Part shown: positions 23,929 to 37,330 of the stretch, one piece after another | How the letters are laid out: each line of letters begins with the position of its first letter | How positions within the stretch are numbered: position 1 is the first letter of the stretch | Program-made: the position numbers and the translations under genes | The notes under the pieces: model-generated | Seen by the model: only the letters and a program-made list of their open reading frames with translations | What the model was told of the DNA's origin: nothing | Database searches by the model: none | Assembly (NCBI RefSeq): GCF_031769215.1 | Contig: NW_026782546.1 | Span: 62,001-126,000 of the forward strand | Length of the DNA stretch: 64,000 bases | Origin: Ylistrum balloti | Lineage: Eukaryota | Reading direction: 5' to 3'

Positions 23929-26900
23929 GACCATCGAACACGTCCGACATCATATTGCACAAGGAAATTAAATGTTTCGCAATGAGCAAATTACGAAGAT
24001 CTCCATTATCTTTATTAATCCGTGTCTATCAAAACTCTTTATTGTGAGTTTGTCGATATCTTGAACGAAACTCGAGATATTTGGAACAAACCTGTGAATA
24101 CTGAATCAGATCTGACATATCAACACCATCGGTTTCGAATGCAAGGATTTTGCTTTCTAGAAATGGAAAAGCACAATTGAAAATTGAAATCATCACGCTG
24201 AAAGTGCAACTTGGTTGAATGTTTTTTCTGTTAGTTTGATGTGAGATCATTTCAACAGGAAGAGTATCTTTGGCGGAAAGATACTTAAATTGTCCATGAT
24301 ATAATACGTAATTTTTGTAAGAATGAGAGTGGGGTGGCTCTCCGGCCCACGTTCATTGCGACGGGGAAATTGAAATTTGAAAATTCAATCGATGTTTTTT
24401 CCTTGTTTACACATATGATGATAAGATAACAATAATATTGTTTATAAAAGTGTTTTCGTATTCTCATTGTTTGGGGGGGGAACCCCTGAGGTACCCATTG
24501 CCCTGCTTTATTTAAACGGGGAAATCTACAGGAAGTCCGTCAAAACCACCACTTTTATAACTACTTGTGTATATTGGTTGGTGTAAATATTTGTAAAACA
24601 AAATACAACCAAACAAAAACAAAACAAAACAAAAAACACAAACAAAAGTAAAACAAACAAAAAATAACAATGATAACAACAAAAGACAAAAAAAAAATGT
24701 TTATCTTGTTCCTTTTTGCCTCTCAACTGGTGGATCCCGAGCAAATTATACAGCTCATTATTTATAGGGCAGAAACTCAGTTGGCATATATTTACTTCAG
24801 TATCATTCACTAATGATTTTTTTTTGCTATTCATTTCGTTATGGTGATAAATAATTTTTTTATATTTAAACAAACTGGGACATACAAAACGAAATTTTCA
24901 AAATTTAATGAAATCAAAATGCCAGTTGAATCTTGAGGAAAATAGCTCTTGCAACAAATACGGAAGAAGAGTGACCTCCCCTGCGTCGGTTTTATATCAT
25001 ACGTAAGCTCGCTTAATAGGATTTTTTCTTTTTATCGAAGTCTGTGATGATCTCCATTGCCATAACTGTTGAAACTAATTGGATATGGCATCATGGAAAT
25101 ACATGAGCATACTAGTGTGGGTCATAAGAGTAATTAAATGTTAAGGATTTTCTTTTCGTGCTAATAAACTTTAGGGGCAATATAGCTTTTGGGGGAGAAA
25201 TAATTTTGGGAGATATATCTTTTTGGGCATAATGGATTAACATTGGTGTGAAATTTGTTAAAGGCGGGATGTATTTTTATTATTCGCGGGGGGAGGGAGG
25301 GTGCGGCTGTAATTTCTTGCTTTTATGTATCTGTTTATCGTATAACTCAAAAGAAATAATATTTCTTATAATGAATCTGTAAAACATTAAATAAATATTC
25401 ATGTATATTGGCTTAATTCTTTAAGCTGATCTTTAATCTTATCCTTTAATAACCGTATGTTGGTTCCGTATTTTAGTAAACAGTCCGTCGCCACTATCGC
25501 TTTACCATGGGCGATAACTCACGAAAAGTTGGGGTATGATCCTTCCACAGCGCCATGTTTCTGTGGAGAGGGATCTTGAAAATGAGAAGTGTCCTTTTAA
25601 CAGTCATTTGAATTCTAACTGAGGTAATCTCCAAAAGTGACATTTCGTATATATTGCCCAAGTACTTTATTGACGCGAAGCATTCTTCATTACATGACTC
25701 CATTACAGTCAGACAAAACATTACCGTGACATCAGCAATCTGATGATTTCCACTATGTATATATAGTCCTTACGTATGTTAGACCACAAGCTTAAATATA
25801 AAGTCTTTGGCAAGACATAACAGACAAAGATCTTTTCTAGATGTATTCGCATGTATATAACCATTGGCCTGTGCAATTTGTGGTTGAAAGAACGTCATGT
25901 TTTCCCTTTTGAAATAGATCTGTAGCTTTCAGTTTTGGACACGCAATGAAAAGTTATTCTTCTATAGCATTAGGTTTACGATTCTGTTCTCGCGTCAGGA
26001 TGTATAGTTTGTTCGATTGATTTGTTTAAAAAGGGGGAAAAGGGGTGTACAAGTAAATGCCACGTTTTTTGACAGCATTATGACAGCTAGGTTTGGCAAG
26101 AGAGGATTTATTTTTTTTACGTCCACTATTACCTATTTCGGCCTTTCAGTGGACGAGAAAAGTAAATACATGGGGAAAAGTATGAAGTCGTAGGAGAGGG
26201 TGGGATACAGTGATGAGGTAGAGAGGGTCGTCTATACTACCTGACCTGTTCTTAAACTATAATTTTGATAACGACCCATTGGCTTAAATATATAGCCTAA
26301 CACTCACTAAGCATGTCATAGCAAGAATATTGGTTAAGGACAGAGAGGAAGGTAATTATACACCAAATGTTGATATGTTAATAGTCCATCAGACTTACTA
26401 GATTAATAATCTCTATTGCTAATTTAAGCCTTACCTCAGAGCTGATGTTATAATGCCTATTCTTTTTCGAAAAACCACAGTGCGACCGTTATGGTGTGAG
26501 TTGTACATTCTCACTTGAGCTATCATTTTAAGTCCCATCCTCGTTTAGTTGTTAGGTGATGGTGCTGATACTTTTGTGGTGTTCCTAGTTAAGTCTTCAT
26601 TCAGTTTGTCTGCCACAAAATAGATTGTAGCTTTATCATTGTCCATACTTATGTAATTCCACACAAATATTGGCTTCTCATGGCTGTTCACATTTCAACA
26701 TTTATGATTTGTGATAGTGAGGTTAGTATGTTCAGGGGATGGATGTACTTATAGATGTTACTTACTCGTTAATGAAATGATACATTTAGCCATGAAGTCA
26801 TGAAGTTCCCTTTTCTTGCGGCTGTTATCTAATCTTGTCTACCTTTGCCTTTTTGATGTAGTTATTTTAAGCACTGACCAGAACCATTTTGAAGGCCATT

Positions 26901-27499
26901 GAGAAGTGAAGCTCATTTTCATAACAAAAATAATACTAATCAAAAGAATTTCAGAGCTTTTGAATACCACCTTTTTGTAATAATGATTTTCCCCATATTT
27001 TGGGGCAGCAAGTGGTATAAAATTAAGGATGATATTTCAGGTGTAAATAGCTTAAACATTTCTTTTTTACAAATATCAAAAGTATATTATTTGTCACAAA
27101 AATTAGCACAATCAATTTGAAAATCATTTAGCTTTCTAATACTGTTTATTTTGAAAAGATTAGTTTTTTCTTTTTTTTTCCTTTAGAATAATTGGTTCAT
27201 AAACCAGCAAAGTTAGTTAATTTGAATTTTTTCACAACAAAGAAACATTTATGAAGCCTGTTTCTTAACCCTCGACCTTATACATCCATGGTTTGGCATA
27301 GTGCAATTAATCCTGTAAACCTGTAATGGTCACTTTTGATTTCACATTACGGTCTGAGACTATAGGATATAGTCGCCGTCTTGTCCATCCATCTGTCACT
27401 CTGTTTGTCCTATCATATTCAACATTACTTTGCCCACAAGGATCATGAAACCAAATTCAAATTGACACCCCACCTAAGAGACACAGAACTCAAAACACA

Positions 27500-27670
27500 A
27501 TAACAGATAAAGCATGAGTATACAGGGCCCAGGTGTGCAGCAGCCTGACAACCTCTGGATAATTATCCACCTTCCTCAATTGGAGAGGCAGACTGTTCCA
27601 CACCTGGCTGCCTTATAGCTGAAAGATTTCAAACCATGTCTGGTCGTTTCTAATTCATGGGAGCCCTAGC
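27500..27670 (-). mobile_element. Short LINE 3' fragment
   Basis: Minus-strand translation GSHELETTRHGLKSFSYKAAR resembles the RTxxYGLxSFSYxAAKLWN terminus of CR1/L2 ORF2. Confidence 0.5.
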
Positions 27671-28401
27671 TGAAGAAGATTTCAAAGTTAAAAGATTATT
27701 TAAATATATATGTAAAAAAGATAAATTAGTTTTTCTTTAAAGTTTCAAACTGGCATGGTGTAATCATCTTCAATAAAATTAATTGCTCTCTCTCTCTTGT
27801 ATCCTTTTTCCTAGTTGAATTTAAACAATAAAAATGCCATGCCAGGAGGCAATAATTAAAATTTGAGAAATTAAAATTTAAAATTACATAGTTATTAGCT
27901 CACCTGGCCATGATTTACGTGAATGTTGAAAGCTTGCTATAAATATGTTGTAAATGCTGACTGTAAATAATATAACAAAATAAGCATTCATGTGAAGAGT
28001 ATCTTAATCTATGGCATTAGAATATTCTGCCATACCAATACAATATGTAATGTAACTTTTCAATAAAACCCATTTTAAAAATGCATCTTTGCTTTTTTTC
28101 ATAATTCTCTTATCATGTCACTTTTATTAAAACACTGAATCTATGGACTTGTAATATCTTTTTTTGTATTTTTTAAAATTCAAAATAAATGTCAGTCTGT
28201 TGCATTATTAAAATGCTACAAACTTCTAAAAGATTTTCTCATCTGATGTTATAATAGAAATAATAGAATCCTTCTACTTATCAAAGCTTCAATTGGTGTT
28301 GCCTATTTCAGTGTGGTCTGAAGATAATTCATGTTATGGGTAGCTACTTGGTATATGTTTAACAGTATTTTTTTTTCTTTCCAGAAGAAGTTAAAAGAAG
28401 G

Positions 28402-31400
28402 ATGTCTCGGTTTGATGTGGAGAAGTTTAACCCAGCCCCAGATCCTGATCTGATCTGCTGTATCTGTCAGTGTGTTTTAGATTCCCCAATGGAGAGTCCA
28501 TGCAGACATGTCTTTTGCAAGATCTGTATTGAAACTTGGCTAACAAATCATCACAATTGTCCAACTTGTCGACGCAGTTTGAGAACTCGCCGACTCAAGC
28601 CAGTCCTTCCAATTGTACAAAACATGATTAATCGCCTTCAGATGTCCTGTGATTTTAGCAAAAATGGTTGCAAAGAAATTCTTCTTCTTGAACAATATGA
28701 TAGTCATTTGAAAGTCTGTGACTATGAAAAATTGAAATGCCGTTTCAGTAAATGTGGAATTGAACTTTTACGAAAAGATTTAAGTGAACATGAAGAAGAG
28801 TTGTGTGAATTTCGTGAAAAACAATGTAACAAACAGTGTGGTCTCATGATACCCATTTCAGTCTTCGATACTCACGACTGCTTCAAAGAGCTTCAAAAAT
28901 TTGCAACTGGCAAGTATTTTTTTTATCCACTTTAAATCATGCTATATCATTATTTGTAGTGTAGCCTATATAATGAACACTTACTTTGTTATAAATTAGT
29001 TCATTAACTAGGTACAGTGAACAGGCATTATTTATTCATCTGTGTTCATGTCCTAGTATGAAGAATTTGTACATTAAGTTAAATTATTAATGTCATTACA
29101 CTTTTTCACACTGTTTATAAAGATCGTATGTTTATTTTGTAATGATTGTTTATCATTTCAGAAAGTACAGCACTTGTTGAAACTTTGAAAAAAAGTGTCA
29201 AAGAATTGACAGAATTAACAAAGACAATGAAGAAAAACTTAGAAGATTTGTCCAGGGAATTACAGGGAAGAAGACGACATTCTCCTTTTCCCTGGACCTC
29301 CCCAACCTACTCTCCATCATATACCACTACTGACTATGCATCAGATGGGTCCAACTTTATACTGGATGATTATAGCAATGAGAGGTTTGATGATGTACAG
29401 AACACTGATCGCAGTATTCAAGCAATCACCAATGCCTTGCAAAGGACCATGGATCAAACCAGAGACCAACGAAATGTGAGATTGCGAAATGAAATTCCTA
29501 GTAGAAATTCAGAGGAAATTAACTTGATCCAGCCTGGGACAAACGTAACAAATCAAGACATTGTAAATGCAAGAATGGAAGACACTGGGGCAAATCAAGC
29601 CTCGGTGATGTCAAACACCAATGATGTGAATGGGAACCGTATTTTGGGAGTTAGCTCAGCAGCAGGTAGACAACCAACATCAGAACCCAGACAAGATAGT
29701 CATCAAAGTAACGGAGATATATCAACAACACGTGCCGGTTCGCGGTCTCGCAGTCATATCTGGGACTCTGATATCAGTGTTTTGTCATCATCATCCTCAT
29801 CTTCATCCTCTTCATCTGATGATGATGTGGATAGAGACTTTGGTATAGATCAAAATGAGGATGAAGAGAGGGACAGAAACAGTGATGCATATACATATTC
29901 TTTTTCGCCTACACCAATTAATTCACCAAATAGATCTATTAGGAGTCCATCCAGTAGTGGGTCTACAATTCACTTTGATGATCAAAGAAGTCAAGGGCAT
30001 GGGGACATCAGTTCTTTACGAGCCACAAACCGAAGTATGTCGGAAATATACTCCGGTGATGAGGGTGACAGATCATATTGTTCAAGTAGCTCTGAATATA
30101 GAAGTCAAGCAAGGGTACAAGGCATTCACCACCTATCATATTCCAGTGACCAACATAACCACTCAAGTCAGTCTGTAGATTCAAGAAGGAACACCTATAG
30201 ATTCCCTATGGACCGATCAGGAAATCAAAGTGGTGATGATGCTGCTAGAACTTCCAACCCTAGCCTTAATCAGTCCTGTCCCTCTTCAAATTATGAAATA
30301 GGTGGGAATACTGACATAGACCAATCAAATTATATTTTAGAAGCTGTACAAGAATGCAGTTCTAGCATTGGTCAGTCATCTCATTCAGAAAACTCTAGAT
30401 GGGAGGGACACATTTCTGGAAATAGAATTGGAAGTAGTGTAGCAGCTTCCAGTGATAAAAAGTTGGAGGTCAATACTGACCAGACAGCTTCATTGAGAAG
30501 TGATGGAGCTAACCCACAAAACTTAACTAATTGTTGTTCAGATCAGGAAAAAGTGTCAGAGGATCTGAAAAATGAAGTCCCCATTGACCAGAATGATGTC
30601 ATTTTGGTAAGTATAAAAAATGGCACACATCCTTTCCTTGGAGGAATGCACCATTATTCAGATTATGTGAATTTGGAATGTAAAGGGAATATTGCTTCTG
30701 TTGAATCAGCCTCAGGTGGGATGTCATCTAGTGTCAGCAATGATTACAAAAATACAAAAACAAATACTACCTCACCTCATGGTAATTTAGTAAACAATGT
30801 TGAAGAGAACAGATATGTTGAAGTTGAAAGGGTCCAAGAGAGCAGTAGTACAAGTGTGTCACCATCTTCACATTCTACACATTGGCCCAGAAAGCGTAAA
30901 CATGATGGAAATAGACGTAGTCCAAGTATCTCAAATCAAGAATGCTCACCATCATCCAAAAAAAGAATGATGAACTTTGACAAAGGATTTCCTGGTAGGA
31001 AATCATCCAATGTTTCAGTAGTAACTACGGATAATGCTGATGAACCAAAGACACTATCATCTCACCAAAATACTGCTGAAGGTGCGAGTTTTCTTACTTG
31101 GCAGCAGCAAGACTCTGCATTATCTTTGGAGAACATGAGAGCTTCTATTATAACTTCCTCAAATGTTGGAGAGGAAATGACTTGTGTGACTTCAAACAAT
31201 ACTTCCATATCTGTTTCTAGTCAGGATTCATGTCGTACATCTAACAGCAAAGACATTGTCACAAACAATTCTAATTCTTCTTCACAAGCAACAGAAAAAT
31301 ATACAGATGCAGGAAATATTAAGAATGAAATTCCTGTATCTGAAAAGAATGTAACTGAAAACCAAAGAATTGATTCTGCTCTGAATGCAACTTTTGATCT

Positions 31401-31785
31401 ACATGGGTATAACTCAGACACTGATGACACATGGGAGCCACAGGACAGTGTTGGCAATAGTGACAGTGATTTAGATTACCAGGAGATGACACCAGATTCT
31501 GATGTTTCAGACGATACCAACGATGCTTGGCAAAACACCATTCACAGACATCAGTCAGTGACTGTTAACACTGGCAACTCACAGTCACAACATGATGACA
31601 CATGGGAGCCACGAATTAGCACGGATGGCGACAGTACTTCGGATGATGATGATTCCTATCTGTCGGAACTGGACATTGACACTGACAGTAGTTATGAAGT
31701 GCGAATTCCTATGTCGGTCGCTCAGCTTTTAGATAAGTATGCCTCTGATGATCATGACTCGGATGACAGCTGGACACCTCATTGA
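28402..31785 (+). CDS. RING-HC + TRAF/SIAH-type zinc finger + coiled coil + long acidic Ser-rich disordered tail (RNF151/RNF41/PDZRN3-like N-terminus), 1043 aa
   Basis: Exons 28402-28909 and 29162-31785 total 3132 nt and are in frame. Donor G|GCAAGT, acceptor TTTCAG|. An upstream acceptor at 28384 implies a non-coding first exon. RING is CCIC...PCRHVFCKIC...CPTC, and zinc fingers include CDFSKNGC...HLKVC and CRFSKC...HEEELC. Confidence 0.9.
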
Positions 31786-33479
31786 ATCATTAGTGGTAGT
31801 AGATCAAACATTTTAGTTCTTCATTCTCAATCATCCACAGTTGTCTTTGACTGTTTATTTATTGATAATTATAAATGTTATTGGACATATGACTGTTTAT
31901 TTATTGATGATAAATGTTATTGATTACTATTCTTTGCATCAGATTACCGTTATAAAGCAGAGCATTCACTAAAGAATGTATCAGCCAATTGTCACTAATG
32001 TTTTGGCATACAAGTGCTAGATGGAATGAATTGTTCTTTGCTGATGTCAAATACAAACTGGGCATCAAGCAAAACTTGCAAAATTGAATTTGCCTTCGTC
32101 AAGGTTATGTAAAGTTATGCCATGGTGTGGTGCCTGTCCCTAACAACTTCCTTTTTAATAGCTAATAGATGCAGCATCATGATTTTGGACCAGTAACATT
32201 CTGGGATGTAGGTCTACCAGGGTTATTTAAGTGGAATGCAATGATACAGTTTAATTGCCCTGCAGTATTTTTCAAATAAGTGACATTGATCTACTTTCAA
32301 GGATAGTCATCTGAAGTGTTGAAATCTTTTATTGAATTCTTCTTCACAACTGTGAGGTGGAGGGTTATGATATTGGACCAGTAGCATTCTGGGTTAAATG
32401 TTGACTAATTTTGTCTTAATTGAATTAACCATCATCATATGGTTGACTGTTCAAATCACCCTACTTCCATGGTTCACCATCCCTCCGTCCATAAACAGTT
32501 CTTGTTATCACTTGTCTTTCAAAAGTACTAGATAGATCATTCTCATATTTTATCTGTAGGTACCCTTTTGTCGTTTGATATGTTTTTATATATTTTTTTT
32601 AGACTGATAAGACTAAAGGTTCCTGACAGATGGCCATCTTGGATTTCGAGAGCTATTTGTAATTGCTATTTCTCAAGACAAACTACATGGATTATTTTCA
32701 GATTTAAGCTGGCTGACAGGGCAGAGGCAACTTTCTCATGTTTTAGTTATTGCAAATTCTTGAGATAATTTGAACAAATAATTCTCAATTTGGTTCCTTC
32801 GGTTATTTGGTTTGTATTATTCATTATGAAGTGGTCAAAATAACAAAGTTGTCAACCGCTTGCCGGTTGGTTTTTAATCTTGAGAAGTACTTGATAAATA
32901 ATTTCTATTTTATCTATAGGTTTCCTGTAGTTCCTAGTCATACAGATTTAATTCAGGTTTTGGAAGAAAAGAGAAGGAACCCATCTAATAAAAGAACAAA
33001 TAAAGATGTGTGAAGATGCTAAGGGCCTTGTTAATAACCAAGACCCCATGGCTTTAATTATTTCACATACAACATGCAGTGTATGTTTAAGATGAACATT
33101 AAGGTTACTATGATAAGCTTTTCCAATAATGGTGTTGTGCTAGAGAGCAGGTGATCCATCCATGGTCCACAATGATTCAGATTAATGTAAGAATAGTGTA
33201 ATGATAGCATACATATCCAATGCTACACAAGTGAGAACCACTTAACAGCCTTTTTGTTCAGTTTTAATTAAGTACTTATTGGTTGGCCTGAGTAGTAGAT
33301 TTTTAAATGCTGACCAGTGTATGAACTGTTACAATAATGAAATCTATTTTTACATCTACTTATTTTTATGATTAAGATGCATGTATGAAAGATATGAGTG
33401 TTTGCCAAAATGGGTTTTGAAATGTTTAATTTAGTTATGGTTTCTCTGAAAACATTAGTATGAATTTGTTTTTGTTTAA

Positions 33480-33770
33480 ATTATTATACGCCCGTCATAT
33501 GATGGGACATATTTTGGTATGGCATTGTCTGTCCCTTGGTCCGTACGTCTGTCTGTACGTCCGTCTGTACGTCCGTCCGTTGTAAACTCTCCTTGTCCAG
33601 ACCATCACTTTGTGAGTCCTTGGTCTGTTGTCACCATACTTTGTACACATATATATCTCAAGGTGACGGAGTGTCACGTATAAAAATTGCCCCTTTCGCA
33701 TGCATAGTTTCTGAATTATTCCCCCTTAGTTGATTTTTCGTAAACTTCCCTTTTTAGTGTATAGTGTATG
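33480..33770. mobile_element. Non-autonomous HINE/pearl-like interspersed repeat with GTCC/GTCT microsatellite core
   Basis: TTATACGCCCGTC...GG(G)AC.TATT.TGGTAT...GTCCGTACGTCTGTCTGTACGTCCGTC. The same architecture occurs at about 35115, 36930, 39960 and 49840. Confidence 0.55.
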
Positions 33771-35114
33771 TAAATCATAAGTTCACATACTATATTAGCA
33801 AATAGTGGTATGACATGGCTAAAACTTCCCCAAATGATATTCAGATTATTCCAAGACAACTTAGTTATTCAGTCAAATACTGCTTCTCCATCGAAGACTG
33901 GCCCTTGTTTCATTATGGATTCTCAGATCACTTGTATGTAAATTATCTCAATATGGATTTTATGAAAACTTGGGGGTAAATTCTCTCCTTATGAAGTCTT
34001 CTGTGTTTATTTTTTCTATTTTGATCATATCTTTTAAAAACATACATGAGTGAGATTACATGTCCATGAAAACTACAAGTCTATAATTACAATGTTCCAT
34101 GTTAAAAATACTCAAACAACAATGAATTGGATCTGATAACATTTTGCATGCTTTCTTTGAGAAAGTTTGTATATGTATTTAAACGACAATCATACTGTTT
34201 CATATTTCACTGTCACTGGTCTGAGTTAACAATCATACTGTTTCATATCATACTGTTTCATATTTCACGTGTCACTGGTCTGAGTTCCTGCTTGTGATAT
34301 GTACAACATGAGTATGAAACACAAGTACTTAAGTGCTTATAAGAGTTTTGCAGAACCTTGTTTCAGTTTTTGCTGATAAATTGTTTATTTTGTAAAGGTT
34401 ACCTAGCTGATGTTCTTGAAGAACAAGAAGCTTTTTTTTTCTCTTTTTTTTTGTTTTTTTGAAGCATTGTTATATAATGAATAGGTGTATATTGAAAGAT
34501 ATTTATTAAAGATAAAGATAAATATTAAACAAAAAAATTGGTGGGTGCTAAGGTACCTTTGTTGTGCATTATTCTTTGAGGAGAACTATCAAACTGTACA
34601 CTCTTTGTCATTTTGTTTAGTGCTTCATTAGTTCAAGTGGTCCAAAGGACCTGTGAGCTGATGATGTGGTGCTGTTTATGTTAATGTTTTCTTCAAATCA
34701 CTATTAGTCAGGAAATTCTGAGCGGATTTTGACCAAATTTGGAAAGAAATATCCCTTGGGAAGTTGACAATTGTGTATAAACGATGTGTTTGACTGGCAT
34801 AGGCCTGATGGGCAGAGCAAAAAAAAAAAAAAAAAAAGAAAAGGAAATGGTTTTAAATAGTTTAAAAAAATGTATTTCATCTTAATGTAGTCTGAAGCAT
34901 CATTAAGTGAAGAAGACTCAATTTTGTATAAAAATTGATTCTGACCTCTTTGGTGGCAAAGGTGTGGGGCCAATAAGGAGTGCTTTAGGATCACGAAAAT
35001 TCTTCATTAACAACAGGTTTTTGTTCAAATTAGGTCTATTAAACGCTTGGTCAGACACCCATCGGTCAGAGAGGTAAGGCCAGATAAGGGAAATAGAGGA
35101 ATGTACTTTAAAGT

Positions 35115-35990
35115 CATTTTTAGCTCACCTGACCCAAAGGCTATAGCGATTCCGTCGTGTCCTTTGTCCCTCCAACATCTGTCAACTTTTACTATATATT
35201 GCAACTATTCATGAACGACTGAGTGGTTTTTATTAAAATTTGGTCCTTGTGAAAAGGTGAACCAGTTTTGTGTTGTATCTTGTTCTTCAGGAATTGCAGG
35301 GTATTGTCCATATTTGGTCTGAAGCATGCTGGGGTGAAGGGAAATAAGTTTTGTATAAAGCATGGGTTTCGGCCCCTCTGGGGCTAAAGGAGCGGGCTCA
35401 ATAGGTAAAACAGGTACCAATTTCTTCATAATCTATCTTGTTCTTCAGAAATTACAGGATATTGTTCAAAATTGGTCTGGACCATGCTTGAGTGAAGGAA
35501 GATCGTGGCCCAACAGGAAACATCAAACCCCTCAATAGATTTAGTTCATTTTCATATCATTGCTTTGCACCATCAACAATTTATTGGATCTTTTGCTCTT
35601 TGAAAGAGTTGTATTCCCCATTGAATAACTACTAAGCATTGCTGAGCATTAGGAGATAAACACAATCATAGCTTATCATTTGTCCTGAGGTCTGGTCCCA
35701 CTCCAGGATAGATTATATCTTTGAAGCCATTAAGATTATGATCCCATAACTAAACAGCATTACTGGACATCAAGAGATTAAGAACTGATCTCTGTCCCCA
35801 CCCCTAGGGACTTCGAAGCAGTATCTGTGGGGTGAGGAAATATTTTGATTATTGACCTTAATATCAAGGTGAGCGATACAGGCCCTCTTGGCCTCTTGTT
35901 TGTATGAATGAGTCCAACTTTGGTGGGAAGCATTCTTAGATGAAATTGACTCTTGTAAAAAAGTTTGGTCTGTCCCTTCGAGGGGCAAAG
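35115..35990. mobile_element. HINE/pearl-like repeat with degenerate internal tandem units
   Basis: It begins TTTTTAGCTCACCTG followed by CCGTCGTGTCC, has repeated ATCT..TTCTTCAG/AAATTTGGTC units, and contains the terminal motif GGCCTCTTGTT at about 35890. Confidence 0.5.
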
Positions 35991-36929
35991 GGATGGAGCC
36001 GAATGAGGAAATGGATATAAATCTTCAGGATTCTTTTCCATAAGTATAAATAAAGCAATGTTAGCCGAACGAAACCAGATGAGTGACACTGACTCTAGGA
36101 CCTATTGTTTTGTTTTGTCCTGGCAAGATCTTGTACAATAAATTTTCAGCTTTAGATTATTAAATTGCTGTGAAGTTTAACTGCACTGTGTAACACACCA
36201 GAGCTGAAAGAATGTTGCTTTATGAAATGTTCAGAATTGTGACCAAAGGTTGGGACATTGTATGGTTCATGTCAACCTCAATTTTATTTCAGTTTTTTTG
36301 TTTCATGAATTGTTGCAAATTATTGATACTGTATTCTATTGTTATATTGTTTATCTATCAAAGGAAAAAATGAATGATAATAAAAAAAAAATCAAAATGT
36401 CATCTTTTGTCTAATGTTTAATATATTAACTGTTTTTTTTTATTTGTAAAATCTGCCATACCATGACAACATCTCAAAGATGATAAATAGAAGTCAGTAT
36501 TACAGTTGGATATCAATAGCACTGATGTAATTGTTGTGGCGCAAATCTTTAAGAAACGCTAACAAACAATTTCACGGAAATTCCAACATCAGATGATTAG
36601 TCTAGTAGAGGGGGATTTTTAGGGGATTTTTAGGGGATTTTTCAATGTTTCTTTGGTTGTCATGGAAACACTCACTGATTCCAGGGTTATGGAACATATT
36701 TTATGGAACATCGTTTTAGATAACTTCATGAACATGACTTTAATCATCCTCCATACTGACTATTACATCTACACATCCTAATATATAATCGCGGCAAAGT
36801 ATGTCCGTGAGTGGCCTCCCTTTCCAGTCGATCCGAACAACTATTCATTATTATTTCATTTCATTTCTGATGGATACCCCATACAGTGGCTACATCCTCT
36901 AGATGTTTGAATAACTGTTAAGGCCTACT

Positions 36930-37330
36930 TTTAGCTGACCATCAATAGATGGTGGGCAATTTAAAATCGCCCTGCGTCGATGGTCTGTCGTCCGTCCGTA
37001 AACAATTTTTGTCATCGCTGTTTCTTGAGAAGTGCTGGATAGATATTTCTTATATATGTTCCCCTTGGTCCTTGCTTTTATTTTGAGCGTGGTAAAAAAA
37101 AATGGCTGACAGGCAGTCTTGGAATTTGCTTAGTAGAGATTGATATTGTGCAATGTTGGGCGAAAACATCGATCTGTGATCTCTTGTTGGTTTCGCTATT
37201 TCTTTAAAAAATGGATGGATCTTTTAAAATTTCATTTGTAGTTTCCCATTGGTCCCTAATTATGCCCGTTTGATTTTAGGACGAATGATCAGAAAACCAA
37301 AATGGCTGACAGACTGCCATTCTGCATTTT
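36930..37330. mobile_element. HINE/pearl-like repeat
   Basis: TTTTAGCTGACCATC..AGATGGTGGGC hairpin start, GTCGTCCGTCCGTAAACAATT core and AAAATGGCTGACAG units. Confidence 0.55.

Noticed and set aside
24526-24873. 115-aa hydrophobic ORF
   Set aside because: It derives from an (AAAAC)n-like low-complexity tract. Most other 60-120-aa ORFs in the track are likewise antisense shadows of genes or TEs, or random.
25480-25623. Non-coding first exon of the RING gene (GAG|GTAATC donor)
   Set aside because: Plausible, but the donor is moderate and there is no independent support, so it is not listed as a feature.
36662-36950. Mitochondrial cox2 NUMT (ITVKA..DHQ resembling KTIGHQW)
   Set aside because: The DHQ-coding bases belong to the hairpin start of a HINE-like repeat, and the rest does not align to COX2.
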